64,000 bases of DNA from an uncultured delta proteobacterium (GCA_963787125.1 CAWBBV010000007.1:288001-352000); one strand, 5' to 3'; counted from the stretch's first letter, positions 10,732 to 22,506 are shown. The notes: generated by a model not told the origin, from the sequence alone. Numbers and translations are program-made.

Positions 10732-12252
10732 ATGCTGGCAGTTGCAACCTGGAAATCCCATAAAAACCTCTTTCTCAACACCCTTGCCTTTACGGTCTGC
10801 TTTGCCGCCTGGATGTTCAACGGCGTGCTGGTGACCTTTCTGGTGGACAATCAGGTCTTCAACTGGGGGCCGGTGCAGATCGGCTGGCTGTTCGGCATTC
10901 CGGTTCTGACCGGCTCCATATTTCGCCTCCCTGCCGGTATGCTGACCGATAAATTCGGCGGTAAACCGGTCTACGGAACGCTCCTTATCCTTTGCGCCAT
11001 CCCAATGTATCTGCTCTCCAAAGCTGACAGTTTTAACTCGTTTGCCCTTTGCAGCTTCGGCTTCGGCATGGCAGGCGTCAGTTTTTCCATCGGCATCGCC
11101 TTCAGCTCGGTCTGGTATCCGCGCGAGCGGCAGGGGACGGCGCTCGGTATTTTTGGCGCCGGCAACGCCGGGGCTGCACTGACGACGCTGTTCGCCCCGA
11201 CCATGCTCAACAAGTTGACCAATAACGGCACCAATATCGAGGGGTGGCGCGAGCTGCCGATCTATTACGCGCTGATCCTGGCAACTATGGGGGTAATTTT
11301 CTTCATCTTCAGTGACAACAGAAAACCGGCCAGTTCCAACAAGACTTTCATCCAGATGCTGACACCGCTCAAGCATGTGCGAGTCTGGCGTTTCGGACTG
11401 TACTACTTTCTGGTGTTTGGGTGCTTTGTTGCCTTTTCCCAGTGGCTCGTCCCCTATTTTGTCAATGTCTATTACCTGCCGCTGGTTACTGCCGGTCTGT
11501 TCGCTTCCATGTTCAGTCTCCCCTCAGGAGTGATCCGCGCCCTTGGTGGCTGGATGTCCGACAGGTTCGGCGGACGCCAGATCATGTACTGGGTGCTGGG
11601 GAGTTCGACGGTCATCAGTTTGATGGTGATGATCCCCAAAATGGAAATTCAGTCCCCCGGACGCGGGGTTATGGCCAAGCGTGCCGGAGTGGTACAGACG
11701 GTGACTGAGGGCTCTGTTGTGGTGAAGGAGGTTAAGATCACTTCTGAAGTTCTCGGCGATCAGACCTACAAGTTGAAGGCAAAGCCGGAGGTTATGCAAA
11801 GCTTTGATGGCCGGATCCTTGTCCTCCCCGGCAAGCAGACGTGGCAGGAACCGGTGGTAAAGCCTGGTCAAGCGGTGAAGAAGAAGGAACTTTTGGCCAA
11901 AGGGGTGACCAGGATCTATTTTCAGGCCAATGTCTGGATTTTTGCTGTGCTCGTGCTGCTGCTCGGCACAATCTGGGGTATCGGCAAGGCGGCTGTCTAC
12001 AAGCTGATTCCGGACTATTTTCCGGATGAAGTGGGAGTGGTCGGCGGGATGGTGGGGGTGCTGGGCGGTTTGGGAGGTTTTGTCTGTCCGATAGTTTTCG
12101 GTTACCTGCTTGAATGGACCGGGCTATGGACCAGTTGCTGGTTATTCATGCTGTTTCTGTCGGTTGCTTGCCTGGTTTCGCTGCACTATGTTGTGCAAAA
12201 AATGATGAAGGATAAACATCCCGGAGATATGCGGGTGTTTGAAAATAACTGA
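10732..12252 (+). CDS. narK: NarK1-type nitrate/nitrite MFS transporter with ~95-aa inserted soluble domain
   Basis: MFS motifs LTDKFGGK and SDRFGGR; QGTALGIFGAGNAG nitrate signature; RBS AAGGAG before ATG 10732. Confidence 0.9.
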   Translation: MLAVATWKSHKNLFLNTLAFTVCFAAWMFNGVLVTFLVDNQVFNWGPVQIGWLFGIPVLTGSIFRLPAGMLTDKFGGKPVYGTLLILCAIPMYLLSKADSFNSFALCSFGFGMAGVSFSIGIAFSSVWYPRERQGTALGIFGAGNAGAALTTLFAPTMLNKLTNNGTNIEGWRELPIYYALILATMGVIFFIFSDNRKPASSNKTFIQMLTPLKHVRVWRFGLYYFLVFGCFVAFSQWLVPYFVNVYYLPLVTAGLFASMFSLPSGVIRALGGWMSDRFGGRQIMYWVLGSSTVISLMVMIPKMEIQSPGRGVMAKRAGVVQTVTEGSVVVKEVKITSEVLGDQTYKLKAKPEVMQSFDGRILVLPGKQTWQEPVVKPGQAVKKKELLAKGVTRIYFQANVWIFAVLVLLLGTIWGIGKAAVYKLIPDYFPDEVGVVGGMVGVLGGLGGFVCPIVFGYLLEWTGLWTSCWLFMLFLSVACLVSLHYVVQKMMKDKHPGDMRVFENN

Positions 12253-12272
12253 CGGTAGATGAGGAGACAACA

Positions 12273-13646
12273 ATGGCACGTGTATTAACGATATGGAATC
12301 CGGAAGATAAGGAATTCTGGGAAAAGGAAGGGAAAGCCATTGCCAATCGCAACCTCTGGATTTCCATCCCGGCACTGCTACTGGCCTTCTCGGTCTGGAT
12401 GGTCTGGTCCATGGTGGTAGTGAAATTGCCATTGATCGGCTTCAAATTCGACACCAACCAGCTTTTCTGGCTGGCCGCAGTGCCGGCACTCTCGGGTGCT
12501 ACCCTGCGTATTTTCTATTCTTTTATGGTGCCGATTTTCGGCGGTCGCAGGTGGACCGCGATCTCCACCGCATCGTTGCTCATTCCTGCCATCGGTATCG
12601 GTTTTGCCGTGCGGGAACAGTCCACCAGTTACACCATCATGCTCATCCTGGCACTTCTTTGCGGTTTGGGCGGTGGCAACTTCTCCTCAAGTATGGCTAA
12701 TATCAGTTTTTTCTTTCCCAAAGCCCAAAAAGGGACTGCTCTCGGGCTTAATGCCGGTCTTGGCAATCTGGGTGTCTCGGTGATGCAGTTTTTAATTCCG
12801 CTGGCAATTACCGCCGGTGTCCTTGGCGGGGTCTGCGGCGATCCTCAAGTCTGTGTCGTCAAAGGTGTGCCCACCAATCTCTGGCTGCAGAACGCCGGCT
12901 TCATCTGGGTACCGTTTATCGTCGTCGCCACTATAGCCGCCTGGTTCGGCATGAATGATATCGCCAGTGCCAAGGCTTCATTCAAGGATCAGGCAGTGAT
13001 CTTCAGACGCAAGCATAACTGGTTGATGTGCTGGCTTTACCTCGGCACATTCGGCTCATTCATCGGCTTTGCCGCCGGGTTTGCTCTTCTCACCAAGAAG
13101 CTTTTCCCGGAGATAGACCCGACCCAGTACGCTTTTCTTGGGCCGTTGGTCGGCGCCATTGCCCGCCCTATTGGCGGCTGGATCTCCGACAAACTTGGCG
13201 GCGCGCGCGTCACCGTTTGGACTTTCATTGCCATGGTGTTGGCAGTGTTCGGCGTACTGGCCTTTCTCCCCCACAACGGCCAGGGTGGGAGTTTCTTCGG
13301 TTTTTTGGTCATGTTCCTGGTTCTGTTTACCCTGACCGGAATCGGCAATGCCTCGACTTTCCGCATGATTCCGATAATCTACATTACTGAACACCAGCGT
13401 GCCTCTAATGGCAGAAGTGAGGCTCAAATTAACATGGATGCTGCCAAGGAGGCTGCTGCCGCCCTCGGGTTTGCCGGTGCATTAGGCGCTTACGGCGGGT
13501 TCTTCATTCCCAAAAGTTTCGGTACATCTATCGCCATGACCGGAGGTCCGGAGGCCGCTCTCTATGGCTTCATTGCATTTTATATGTTATGCATCATCAT
13601 GACCTGGTGGTTCTACTCACGCAAAAATGCCGAAATGCCATGTTAA
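12273..13646 (+). CDS. narK: NarK2/NarU-type nitrate/nitrite antiporter
   Basis: WNPEDKEFW, RNLWISIP, GGGNFSSSMANISFFFP, GTFGSFIG. Confidence 0.95.
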   Translation: MARVLTIWNPEDKEFWEKEGKAIANRNLWISIPALLLAFSVWMVWSMVVVKLPLIGFKFDTNQLFWLAAVPALSGATLRIFYSFMVPIFGGRRWTAISTASLLIPAIGIGFAVREQSTSYTIMLILALLCGLGGGNFSSSMANISFFFPKAQKGTALGLNAGLGNLGVSVMQFLIPLAITAGVLGGVCGDPQVCVVKGVPTNLWLQNAGFIWVPFIVVATIAAWFGMNDIASAKASFKDQAVIFRRKHNWLMCWLYLGTFGSFIGFAAGFALLTKKLFPEIDPTQYAFLGPLVGAIARPIGGWISDKLGGARVTVWTFIAMVLAVFGVLAFLPHNGQGGSFFGFLVMFLVLFTLTGIGNASTFRMIPIIYITEHQRASNGRSEAQINMDAAKEAAAALGFAGALGAYGGFFIPKSFGTSIAMTGGPEAALYGFIAFYMLCIIMTWWFYSRKNAEMPC

Positions 13647-13702
13647 GAAGTTCAGCTGTCTCAAGGGAATCTAAATAGTCCTCAACGAGGGCAAAACAAC
13701 GA

Positions 13703-15520
13703 TAGTGTCAAAAGTTTCATGAAAAGCCGGGATATTGAAATGGAAAGTACTCGAAAGTAAACGATGCCCTTCATCTGCATCTTTTCCGAGTCTGTCCAGA
13801 CTGTGACTTCACTACTTTGTGGTTACTGGCTTGAATTTTGGGCAAGCCACTCTGTGACCAGGCACGTGAGATAGTTGGTCAGATTAAAACAACAATCAGT
13901 AAATTGATCTTTGAAGACGGGAAGTCAGGCAGCTAGCGAGAGGATCTTGGTCCATCTAGCCTGAATGGTCGGCAGTGCCTTCAACTCCTGCAAAGGCACC
14001 GGTGGTAGATATTTTAGCGACATGTGAGGCCTGAGGAAGTTGTAGTGGGTCACAAACAGCGTAGTTAAAGATACCGCACCGTTTGTGCTGTTGAATCCTG
14101 CTGCTGGCCTTACATGATACTTGAAGGTTCTGTTGAGCCGCTCAACGAGCTGCTTGAAGGATCTGTACTCTTCGGACTCGGCATCAAGGTTTTGGAGGCC
14201 AATAACCTTTTTGTGCTGAATCGTCTGGGAATCATCAGTCTGGGCATTGATGAAATGAATGCCAGCTGGATAAGAAGGGTTTCCGTCGCTGACAAGGGTT
14301 ATTTGCTGATCGGCAGAAGCAGTCCTGATGGCTTCATTCATAGCGATAATGGCAGGCTGAGTGCCCCTGTTATCGGCCACGTGATAGGCGGAGATTTTCA
14401 GGTTCTTTGCCGAGATAAAAAAGAAGACATAATGGTGCTTGCCCAGGATCTTGATGTAGGTCTCATCACCTGCAGAGATATTATCGATATGGCCTTTATG
14501 CTTGAGATTGAATCGGTGGCAGTGCCAGGCGGCGCCAGCGGCATAATTGAGAACTGTCTGATGAGAAACCTTGATACAGAAGACTTCGCGCAGGATTTGA
14601 GCAGTTTTTCTGGCCGGAACGGCGAATGAAACATAGAAAGTCAGAATCAGGCCAAGCACGTTTTCGCTGTTATGGATTCTCGCCAGTTCGACCGGCGGTT
14701 TGTCCGGAGAAGAGAGTTCCAACTCTTCCGGTTTGTAGTGATATTCGCGGTACTGGTAGTTGATTTTGAACTGAGAACTTTTCTTTTTCATCAGCTCTTT
14801 CTCGGCTTTATTGAGCTTGGCAAGCGCCTGGATACGGTGAGGACAGTTATCATTTGGGCACTTGTGGATGGTCACTTCCTTTTGCGACTTCCACCTGAAG
14901 AGAGCCAGCCCGCAATGGGGACAGAAGAGCTTTGACTTTCTGTTGGTTCTGAAGCGCTGTTGGAGTTGGAAGAGTTGAGAGCAAACCTTGCAGAGAACTT
15001 GAGAGCGCTTCTTTCCGTCGTTGAAGTAGAGATAAGTATTTGGCGCTCCGCAGCAGGGACAGGTGACATGCACTGGAACCGGTGATGAACCCGCCCGGAG
15101 CTTGACCGGAGCAAGAGACTTTCCGTGAAGTGTTTCGTACTCAATCAGGAGTTGCCGGTAGTCTTTTTGATCGAGGTCTTTTTTTTAAACTTTGGGGGCT
15201 CAGTCAGTGGCGGCTTGGGATCGACAATAAAGTTTCTGTAGTTCGGATGTTTCTCTTTGAAATCGTCCTTTGGCTTAACTTCAGGATTACGATTTTCGAG
15301 GACATCTGACAACCCGACGACGATCTGTTCAATCTCGGTCTTTGTAAACTTGGAGCAAATCCAGACAACAAACCGGGCAGTTTTGGATAGGTACGACATG
15401 AGCTAGCCCTCCATAACTGGCATTCTTAACCAGAATCACGGGGGGAGGCAAGACTTTGATTGGTAATGCATTGAAATTAGAACTGAAAAGCAAAAAGACA
15501 TGTCAAGAAGTTTGACACAA
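13703..15520 (-). mobile_element. Insertion sequence (~1.8 kb) with Zn-finger + DDE (IS6/IS240-like) transposase
   Basis: Imperfect terminal IR T(A/T)GTGTCAAA at 13703 and 15520; flanking CGA direct repeat (13700-13702, 15521-15523; an alternative reading gives CAACGA). Confidence 0.8.
13925..15399 (-). CDS. Transposase, orfA (15399-15145) + orfB fused by -1 frameshift at A_AAA_AAG
   Basis: CPCC/CKVC/CPHC/CPNDNC Zn motifs; DDE residues in GDETY, SDGNPSY, VERLNRTFK; slippery run at 15186-15178. Confidence 0.8.
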
Positions 15521-15545
15521 CGAAAACAACCAAAGGGAGAATATT

Positions 15546-15833
15546 ATGAAAATTACCAGTAGATTTTCCGCAGTAATTACCATCCTTGCCATTTCCACTT
15601 TCGCTGGGACGGTCTTCGCCGCCGATGTTATTGATTTGCCTGCTTCCATGGGGAAGGTCAACTTTCCGCACAAAAAGCACCAACAGATGCTGAAGGATTG
15701 CACAAAATGTCATGAAAAAGCTCCGGGTAAAATTGCAGAGCTCGGCAAAGATTGGGCTCACAAGACCTGCAAAGGGTGTCACACCGAGATGAAAAAAGGA
15801 CCTGTTGCTTGCAAGGATTGCCATAAGAAGTAA
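15546..15833 (+). CDS. Periplasmic triheme cytochrome c7 (PpcA family)
   Basis: Signal peptide, GKVNFPHKKH, CTKCH, CKGCH, CKDCH. Confidence 0.95.
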   Translation: MKITSRFSAVITILAISTFAGTVFAADVIDLPASMGKVNFPHKKHQQMLKDCTKCHEKAPGKIAELGKDWAHKTCKGCHTEMKKGPVACKDCHKK

Positions 15834-15865
15834 GCAGCCACAGCGTATCGATAAGGAGAAAATCA

Positions 15866-16300
15866 ATGAGTGATCTGACGTTTGCCAGCTTGAGTGAGCA
15901 ACTTGTAAGAGAAAGCTGCGATGCTATTCTGTTTTCAGATAAAGAGGGCATAATCCGTCTCTGGAATAAAGGCGCTGAGGCGATGTTTGGTTATAGTTCC
16001 AGCGAAGCCGTTGGCCGGAGTCTGGATCTGTTTATTCCCGAAAATCTTCGCGGACGTCATTGGGAAGGGTATAATAAGGTCATGGTCAGCGGCGTGACCC
16101 GCTACGGCACAGAACTTCTCGCTGCGCCTGGTATCTGTAAGGATGGTACAAAGCTTTCCCTTGAGTTCAGTATGGTGATTGTTCGCGGTGATGATGGCGC
16201 TGTGCTTGGAGTCGGGGCGATAATTCGCAACGTAACCGCTCGTTTCAAGAAAGAGAAGGAGCTTAAAGACCGTCTCAAAGAGTTGGAAGCAGGCCACTGA
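15866..16300 (+). CDS. Stand-alone PAS domain protein
   Basis: WNKGAEAMFGYSSSEAVGRSL...KDGT...IIRNVT plus short coiled coil; AAGGAG RBS. Confidence 0.9.
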   Translation: MSDLTFASLSEQLVRESCDAILFSDKEGIIRLWNKGAEAMFGYSSSEAVGRSLDLFIPENLRGRHWEGYNKVMVSGVTRYGTELLAAPGICKDGTKLSLEFSMVIVRGDDGAVLGVGAIIRNVTARFKKEKELKDRLKELEAGH

Positions 16301-16344
16301 AACTGAATCCACTTGCAGATTGATTATAACGGCAGGTTAAAAAT

Positions 16345-16371
16345 GCCCCGATTCGTGCGGGGCTTTTTTTT
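16345..16371 (+). terminator. Intrinsic terminator
   Basis: GCCCCG/CGGGGC stem followed by T8. Confidence 0.8.
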
Positions 16372-16381
16372 GGAATGAAAT

Positions 16382-16395
16382 TTGACTTAGGTCAA
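16382..16395. promoter_or_regulatory. Crp/Fnr-family (HcpR/Fnr-like) operator upstream of ferredoxin-nitrite reductase unit
   Basis: Perfect palindrome TTGAC-TTAG-GTCAA. Confidence 0.7.
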
Positions 16396-16544
16396 GTTGA
16401 TTTTGGCTAATAAGTAATAGCGTTGTGAAAGTTTTTTCATCCAGTTAATTGAATGTTCGTGGATATCTGGTATTTATTTATAGTCTTACTCTGAAGGTAA
16501 GCTTATAAAAAACTGCTGCTGAAACTGATTTAAACGGGACTTGA

Positions 16545-16739
16545 ATGCCTGAAGCACACTATCTCATCCAGGGCAATATCAGCTGTCTGGCGTTAAAAGG
16601 AGCCTGCTTTGCCTGCGTTGATCACTGCCCCCGCGAGGCGGTCAGCATGGCTCTGGGGGTCGGGATTGTTGTCAACCAGGAGCTTTGCGACGGCTGCAGA
16701 GAGTGCGAAGCTGTCTGTCCAAAAAAAACTGAAAATTAA
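16545..16739 (+). CDS. Small 2x[4Fe-4S] ferredoxin (NapF-like)
   Basis: C-x6-CFACVDHCP and CDGCRECEAVCP. Confidence 0.75.
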   Translation: MPEAHYLIQGNISCLALKGACFACVDHCPREAVSMALGVGIVVNQELCDGCRECEAVCPKKTEN

Positions 16740-16795
16740 CGGAGCAATAGATGTTGGCAGGTGTATTAATTAAAATCTATGAAAAGGAGTAACGA

Positions 16796-18427
16796 ATGAA
16801 AAAAAGACTGTTCACAGCCTTGGTAGTCGGCAGCGCAGCTGTTGCCTTGGGCATCCCTGGTGTTACGGCAGCGGCCAAGGCAAAGCCTGCGGCGAAGATG
16901 GCCAATGATGGCCGTGCCAAGTGCTATGAGTGCCACGATGAGGTGAAAGCGCTGAAAGAGGGTTCCAAACATGCAAAGCTTGCCTGTACTGTCTGTCATG
17001 ACAAACTTGATGCCCATATGGACGATCCGGAGAAGAACAAGCCGGTAACGGTTATTGATCAGGCCCTTTGCGGCAAATGCCATAAGGACCAGTTTGAAAG
17101 CTTCTATAAAATCAATCACGAAGCCGCAGCCCGTAAGGAGAAGGGGATTCCGTCCGGCCGATCGCCGATGCAGGACAAGTTGCTGGCGCCTTACGGCTTC
17201 ACCTTCGAACATAATGAACCCCGCGGCCATGCCTATATGGTTATCGATCAGTTTGCGGTCGATCGTTTTCAGGGGGGGAGATTCCAGTTCAAGGATGGCT
17301 GGAAAGGGGCTGACGCCAACGGAAAAACCTGGGATGTTCTGGTTGACAAGGCTGAGGGAAACAAGGAGTGGAAGCCGCTCTCCCAGAGTGCCATGGCAGG
17401 TAACCCGACCTGTATTCAGTGCAAGACCTCAGACCATATCCTGAAATGGAAATTTCTGGGGGACAAGGATCCCAAGGCAAAGTGGAGCCGCGAATCTAAT
17501 ATTGTCGATGTGGCCAAGGACACTAATAATGCGGTCGGCTGTATTCACTGTCACGACCCGCATGGCACTCAACCCCGTATTGTCCGCGATGAACTGATTA
17601 ACCAGATTGACAAGGGTTCCAAAATGTTTGCCGGCAAGGATGGCAAGACGGATCTAAAGGTAATCAGTTTCCGCGACGGTTTCCGCAAGATAGGGGTGAT
17701 GAAAAAAACTGACTCCCGCATGATGTGCGCTCAGTGTCATGTTGAGTACGCCTGCGGCAAAGGGTATGAATTCGGCACCGCTAAGCCTGTCGGCTTTGAT
17801 GATCAGCGCACCAATCATATGCCGTTGAAGCAGGTTAAGGAGCTGCTGGAACATTATCGTGCTTTGAAATTTTTCGATTTCAAGCATGAGGTGACCGGGG
17901 CGCAGTTAGTCAAACTTCAGCATCCCGAGGCAGAAACCTATTCAGGTAGCGTGCACGACAAAGCTGGAGTCCAGTGTCATCAGTGCCATATGCCCAAGCA
18001 GAAGGGCAAGGGGGGGAAGACCTTCTCAAGCCATGGTGTGATCCGTCCTAGAAATCATATCAAGGAGTCCTGCCTGGGATGCCATCCCAAGGATACAGTG
18101 GAGAAAAAACTTTTTGAAATTGACACCATCCAGAATTATACCCGCGGCAAGATGCGCAAGGCAGAGTACTGGCTGGGGCAGTTGATTGACACCTATGCGG
18201 CCGCACAGCGTATGGGGGTTGTGCCGACCGTCCTTGATCAGGCCAGGGTCAAGCACGAAGAGGCTCACGTCCTTTGGGAGTGGTGGACTGCCGAGAACTC
18301 CGATGGGTTTCACAACCCTGGACTGGCACGAGACAGTCTTGGACTGTCCATAACAGCTTCCAAAGCCGGGGTAAAGGTGCTCAACGATGCAATGGCAGTG
18401 ATCAGGAAGGATGAAGTGAAGAAATAG
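16796..18427 (+). CDS. Octaheme ammonia-forming cytochrome c nitrite reductase (TvNiR/ONR type, NrfA-related)
   Basis: Seven CxxCH plus catalytic CIQCK; EPRGH, CAQCHVEYAC, LQHPE, AENSDGFHNP; signal peptide. Confidence 0.92.
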   Translation: MKKRLFTALVVGSAAVALGIPGVTAAAKAKPAAKMANDGRAKCYECHDEVKALKEGSKHAKLACTVCHDKLDAHMDDPEKNKPVTVIDQALCGKCHKDQFESFYKINHEAAARKEKGIPSGRSPMQDKLLAPYGFTFEHNEPRGHAYMVIDQFAVDRFQGGRFQFKDGWKGADANGKTWDVLVDKAEGNKEWKPLSQSAMAGNPTCIQCKTSDHILKWKFLGDKDPKAKWSRESNIVDVAKDTNNAVGCIHCHDPHGTQPRIVRDELINQIDKGSKMFAGKDGKTDLKVISFRDGFRKIGVMKKTDSRMMCAQCHVEYACGKGYEFGTAKPVGFDDQRTNHMPLKQVKELLEHYRALKFFDFKHEVTGAQLVKLQHPEAETYSGSVHDKAGVQCHQCHMPKQKGKGGKTFSSHGVIRPRNHIKESCLGCHPKDTVEKKLFEIDTIQNYTRGKMRKAEYWLGQLIDTYAAAQRMGVVPTVLDQARVKHEEAHVLWEWWTAENSDGFHNPGLARDSLGLSITASKAGVKVLNDAMAVIRKDEVKK

Positions 18428-18446
18428 TTGATGCCAGCAAGCATGT

Positions 18447-18483
18447 AAAAAAGAGGGCGGACGACAGTCCGCCCTCTTTTATT
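18447..18483. terminator. Bidirectional intrinsic terminator
   Basis: A6GAGGGCGGAC / GTCCGCCCTCTTTT between convergent genes. Confidence 0.9.
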
Positions 18484-18505
18484 GTGGAGAGGCTAAACTG
18501 CAAAT

Positions 18506-19243
18506 CTAATAGTATTTTTCCAGAAGTTTGCTGGCTTCAAGGATGAATTTACTGTCAGGAAAGTCTGTGGAAAGCCGGTTGAAGGCATCTTTAGCCTTAT
18601 CAGGCAGACCGCTTTTAAGGCGGGATGCTCCGAGCAGGAACCAGGTTTCATCGTGAAGCGGGCTCTTGGGAGAGACTGCCAGAAGCTCTTCAAGGCGCTT
18701 GATGGCAGACTCGTACTTTTCTGTCCGGTAGTAGAAGCTGGCAACATACTGCTCATACTGGATCTGCTGCTGGAGAACGGCTTCACGTTTCTCTTTAACA
18801 TCCGCTGCATACTGTGACTTGGGGAATTTATCAAGGAACTCATCAAAATAGATAATTGTGTTCTTCTGCGGAGTTTGATCCCGGTCCATGCCGGTGATCT
18901 GGTTGAAGTTTGCAAGTCCGACCCGGTAGAGGGCGTATGCAGCTTTTGGGTGGGTGGGGTGGAGTTTGCGGAACTGATTGTATTCTGAAGACGCTTCAAT
19001 GAAGCGTTCAGACTCAAAATAGGCGTCAGCAATACGCAGTTCGGCATTGCTGGACATCTCGGTTGAAGCGTAAGCGTCCCTTACCTTTTTGTACTGGGCA
19101 ATGGCATCGTCATAATGCTTGGATTCATAAAGGCTTTCGCCCTCTTTGTAGATTGCTGCAGGCTGCGTTTCAATAGGGACGGAGGCGCAGGCAGAGAGGA
19201 GCGAAAGGAGCAGCAATGGGGCAAGTTTTCGTGAATCAGGCAT
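18506..19243 (-). CDS. bamD: Outer membrane protein assembly factor BamD
   Basis: Lipobox LSAC, TPRs, FRKLHPTHP, DRDQT motif. Confidence 0.9.
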   Translation of the reverse strand: MPDSRKLAPLLLLSLLSACASVPIETQPAAIYKEGESLYESKHYDDAIAQYKKVRDAYASTEMSSNAELRIADAYFESERFIEASSEYNQFRKLHPTHPKAAYALYRVGLANFNQITGMDRDQTPQKNTIIYFDEFLDKFPKSQYAADVKEKREAVLQQQIQYEQYVASFYYRTEKYESAIKRLEELLAVSPKSPLHDETWFLLGASRLKSGLPDKAKDAFNRLSTDFPDSKFILEASKLLEKYY

Positions 19244-19412
19244 TATTTATATCCTGGATAAGTTTCCGGACAAGTTAGTGAAACCAATCAAAAAAGTCAA
19301 GCATATGCAAATAGCCAGCTGATAACAGCACCTTAAACAAAGAGCAACAGAGAAATCGTAAACAATAACGAGTAACTCTGTTGCTCCGTGTGACAAATGC
19401 GTATTCAGGTGG

Positions 19413-21209
<1,797 letters not shown>

Positions 21210-21360
21210 ATCTCTACTCCTAATGTGATTCCTGATCCGAAATCTGAAAAAATGAAAGACGGGCGGTTCCGTCGTCAAAAAGCTTTTAACTATGCCAATA
21301 AAGTGCTGATAATTCAAGTTAAAATTTATTTTTAAATTATGGCAACCTTTTCTTTTACGG

Positions 21361-22473
21361 CTACCTGATCGGAACCAGATCGATAACCGTTATTTCCGGT
21401 GGCGCCAGAAATCGTATCGGCGGTCCCCATTCTCCCGTGCCGCGGCTTACATAAAGATGTGAGCCGTTTTTTAATTCAGTCAGCCCGACTCTTACCGGAA
21501 AGCTCAGCCAGGTAATAAAGTTGAACGGAAATATCTGTCCTTTGTGGACGTGACCTGAGAGTTGCAGTTCGAATTTACCCGCAGAGCTGTTTTCAAGGAT
21601 GGGACGATGTTTCAAAAGTAGCCTGAATGTGTCTTGCGGCAAGGCTTCCAGGAGGTTTCTTTCAATAACTGCATTTACCAGCCGCGCAGCCTTATTATGC
21701 GAGTCATCAACACCGGTAATGCAAAGTCCGGCGCCAGTATTGAAATTTTCGTTTTTCAGCAGCTTGAAGCCGGCGCCCTGCATAAATTTAACAGAATCAT
21801 CAACCCCGGCGTAATACTCATGGTTGCCAAGGATCGCATACTTGCCAAGGCGAGGGTTGACATTGAGGAAAAGTTGCTCAAGACCGATAAAATGTTTTTG
21901 ATGACCATCGACAAGGTCTCCGGTTGAGACAAGAATGTCCGGCGATGCCGCCTTGACAGCTTGCAGAACAGCTTTTACTCTGCTTTCCCGCACTATTTGT
22001 CCTATGTGAAGATCAGATATCTGGACGATTCTGATTCGGCCGATATTTGCCGGAAGACGGTTACTCTTGATTGTCAGCTGTTCAGTGACTATATTCAATG
22101 CTTCATGGTAGCCATAGATTCCTATAACCAGAGTGTAAGCGGCAGACGCAATAAAAAGCGTTTTTGGCTTAATTTTTAGAGAAGTTTTGGCGAGGGTCAG
22201 GTTAACAATGTCGATAACCACTGCGGCGCTAACAAAAAGAAAGAGCAGCCCCATCCAGAGATAGCCGCTGCCGGACAGAATGTCCGCTAGATTCTCGTAT
22301 CCAAAAGACTCCAGTTTTCGGGATAGAAGCGGCGAGATGAATAGAAATGCCAGCAAAGCGATGAAGAGAAACTGCTTCTTCAGGGAAAGAGGGTATGCTC
22401 GCTTGAGTTTTATGTAGAAATAGAGATGCGCTCCACCATAAGCAATAATGTAAAAGGTGAGAAATCTGTACAC
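21361..22473 (-). CDS. Membrane-anchored metallophosphoesterase
   Basis: N-terminal TMs, SDLH, TGD, GNHE, SGHVH motifs; start uncertain (GTG 22473 chosen). Confidence 0.88.
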   Translation of the reverse strand: MYRFLTFYIIAYGGAHLYFYIKLKRAYPLSLKKQFLFIALLAFLFISPLLSRKLESFGYENLADILSGSGYLWMGLLFLFVSAAVVIDIVNLTLAKTSLKIKPKTLFIASAAYTLVIGIYGYHEALNIVTEQLTIKSNRLPANIGRIRIVQISDLHIGQIVRESRVKAVLQAVKAASPDILVSTGDLVDGHQKHFIGLEQLFLNVNPRLGKYAILGNHEYYAGVDDSVKFMQGAGFKLLKNENFNTGAGLCITGVDDSHNKAARLVNAVIERNLLEALPQDTFRLLLKHRPILENSSAGKFELQLSGHVHKGQIFPFNFITWLSFPVRVGLTELKNGSHLYVSRGTGEWGPPIRFLAPPEITVIDLVPIR

Positions 22474-22506
22474 ATCCACCCCCGATTGTTTTTTAGAGGC
22501 ATTAAG

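Noticed and set aside
15512..15547. Outward TTGACA in the IS end as a hybrid promoter for the c7 gene
   Set aside because: No -10 hexamer at 16-18 bp; TATTAT is about 24 bp away and overlaps the start codon.
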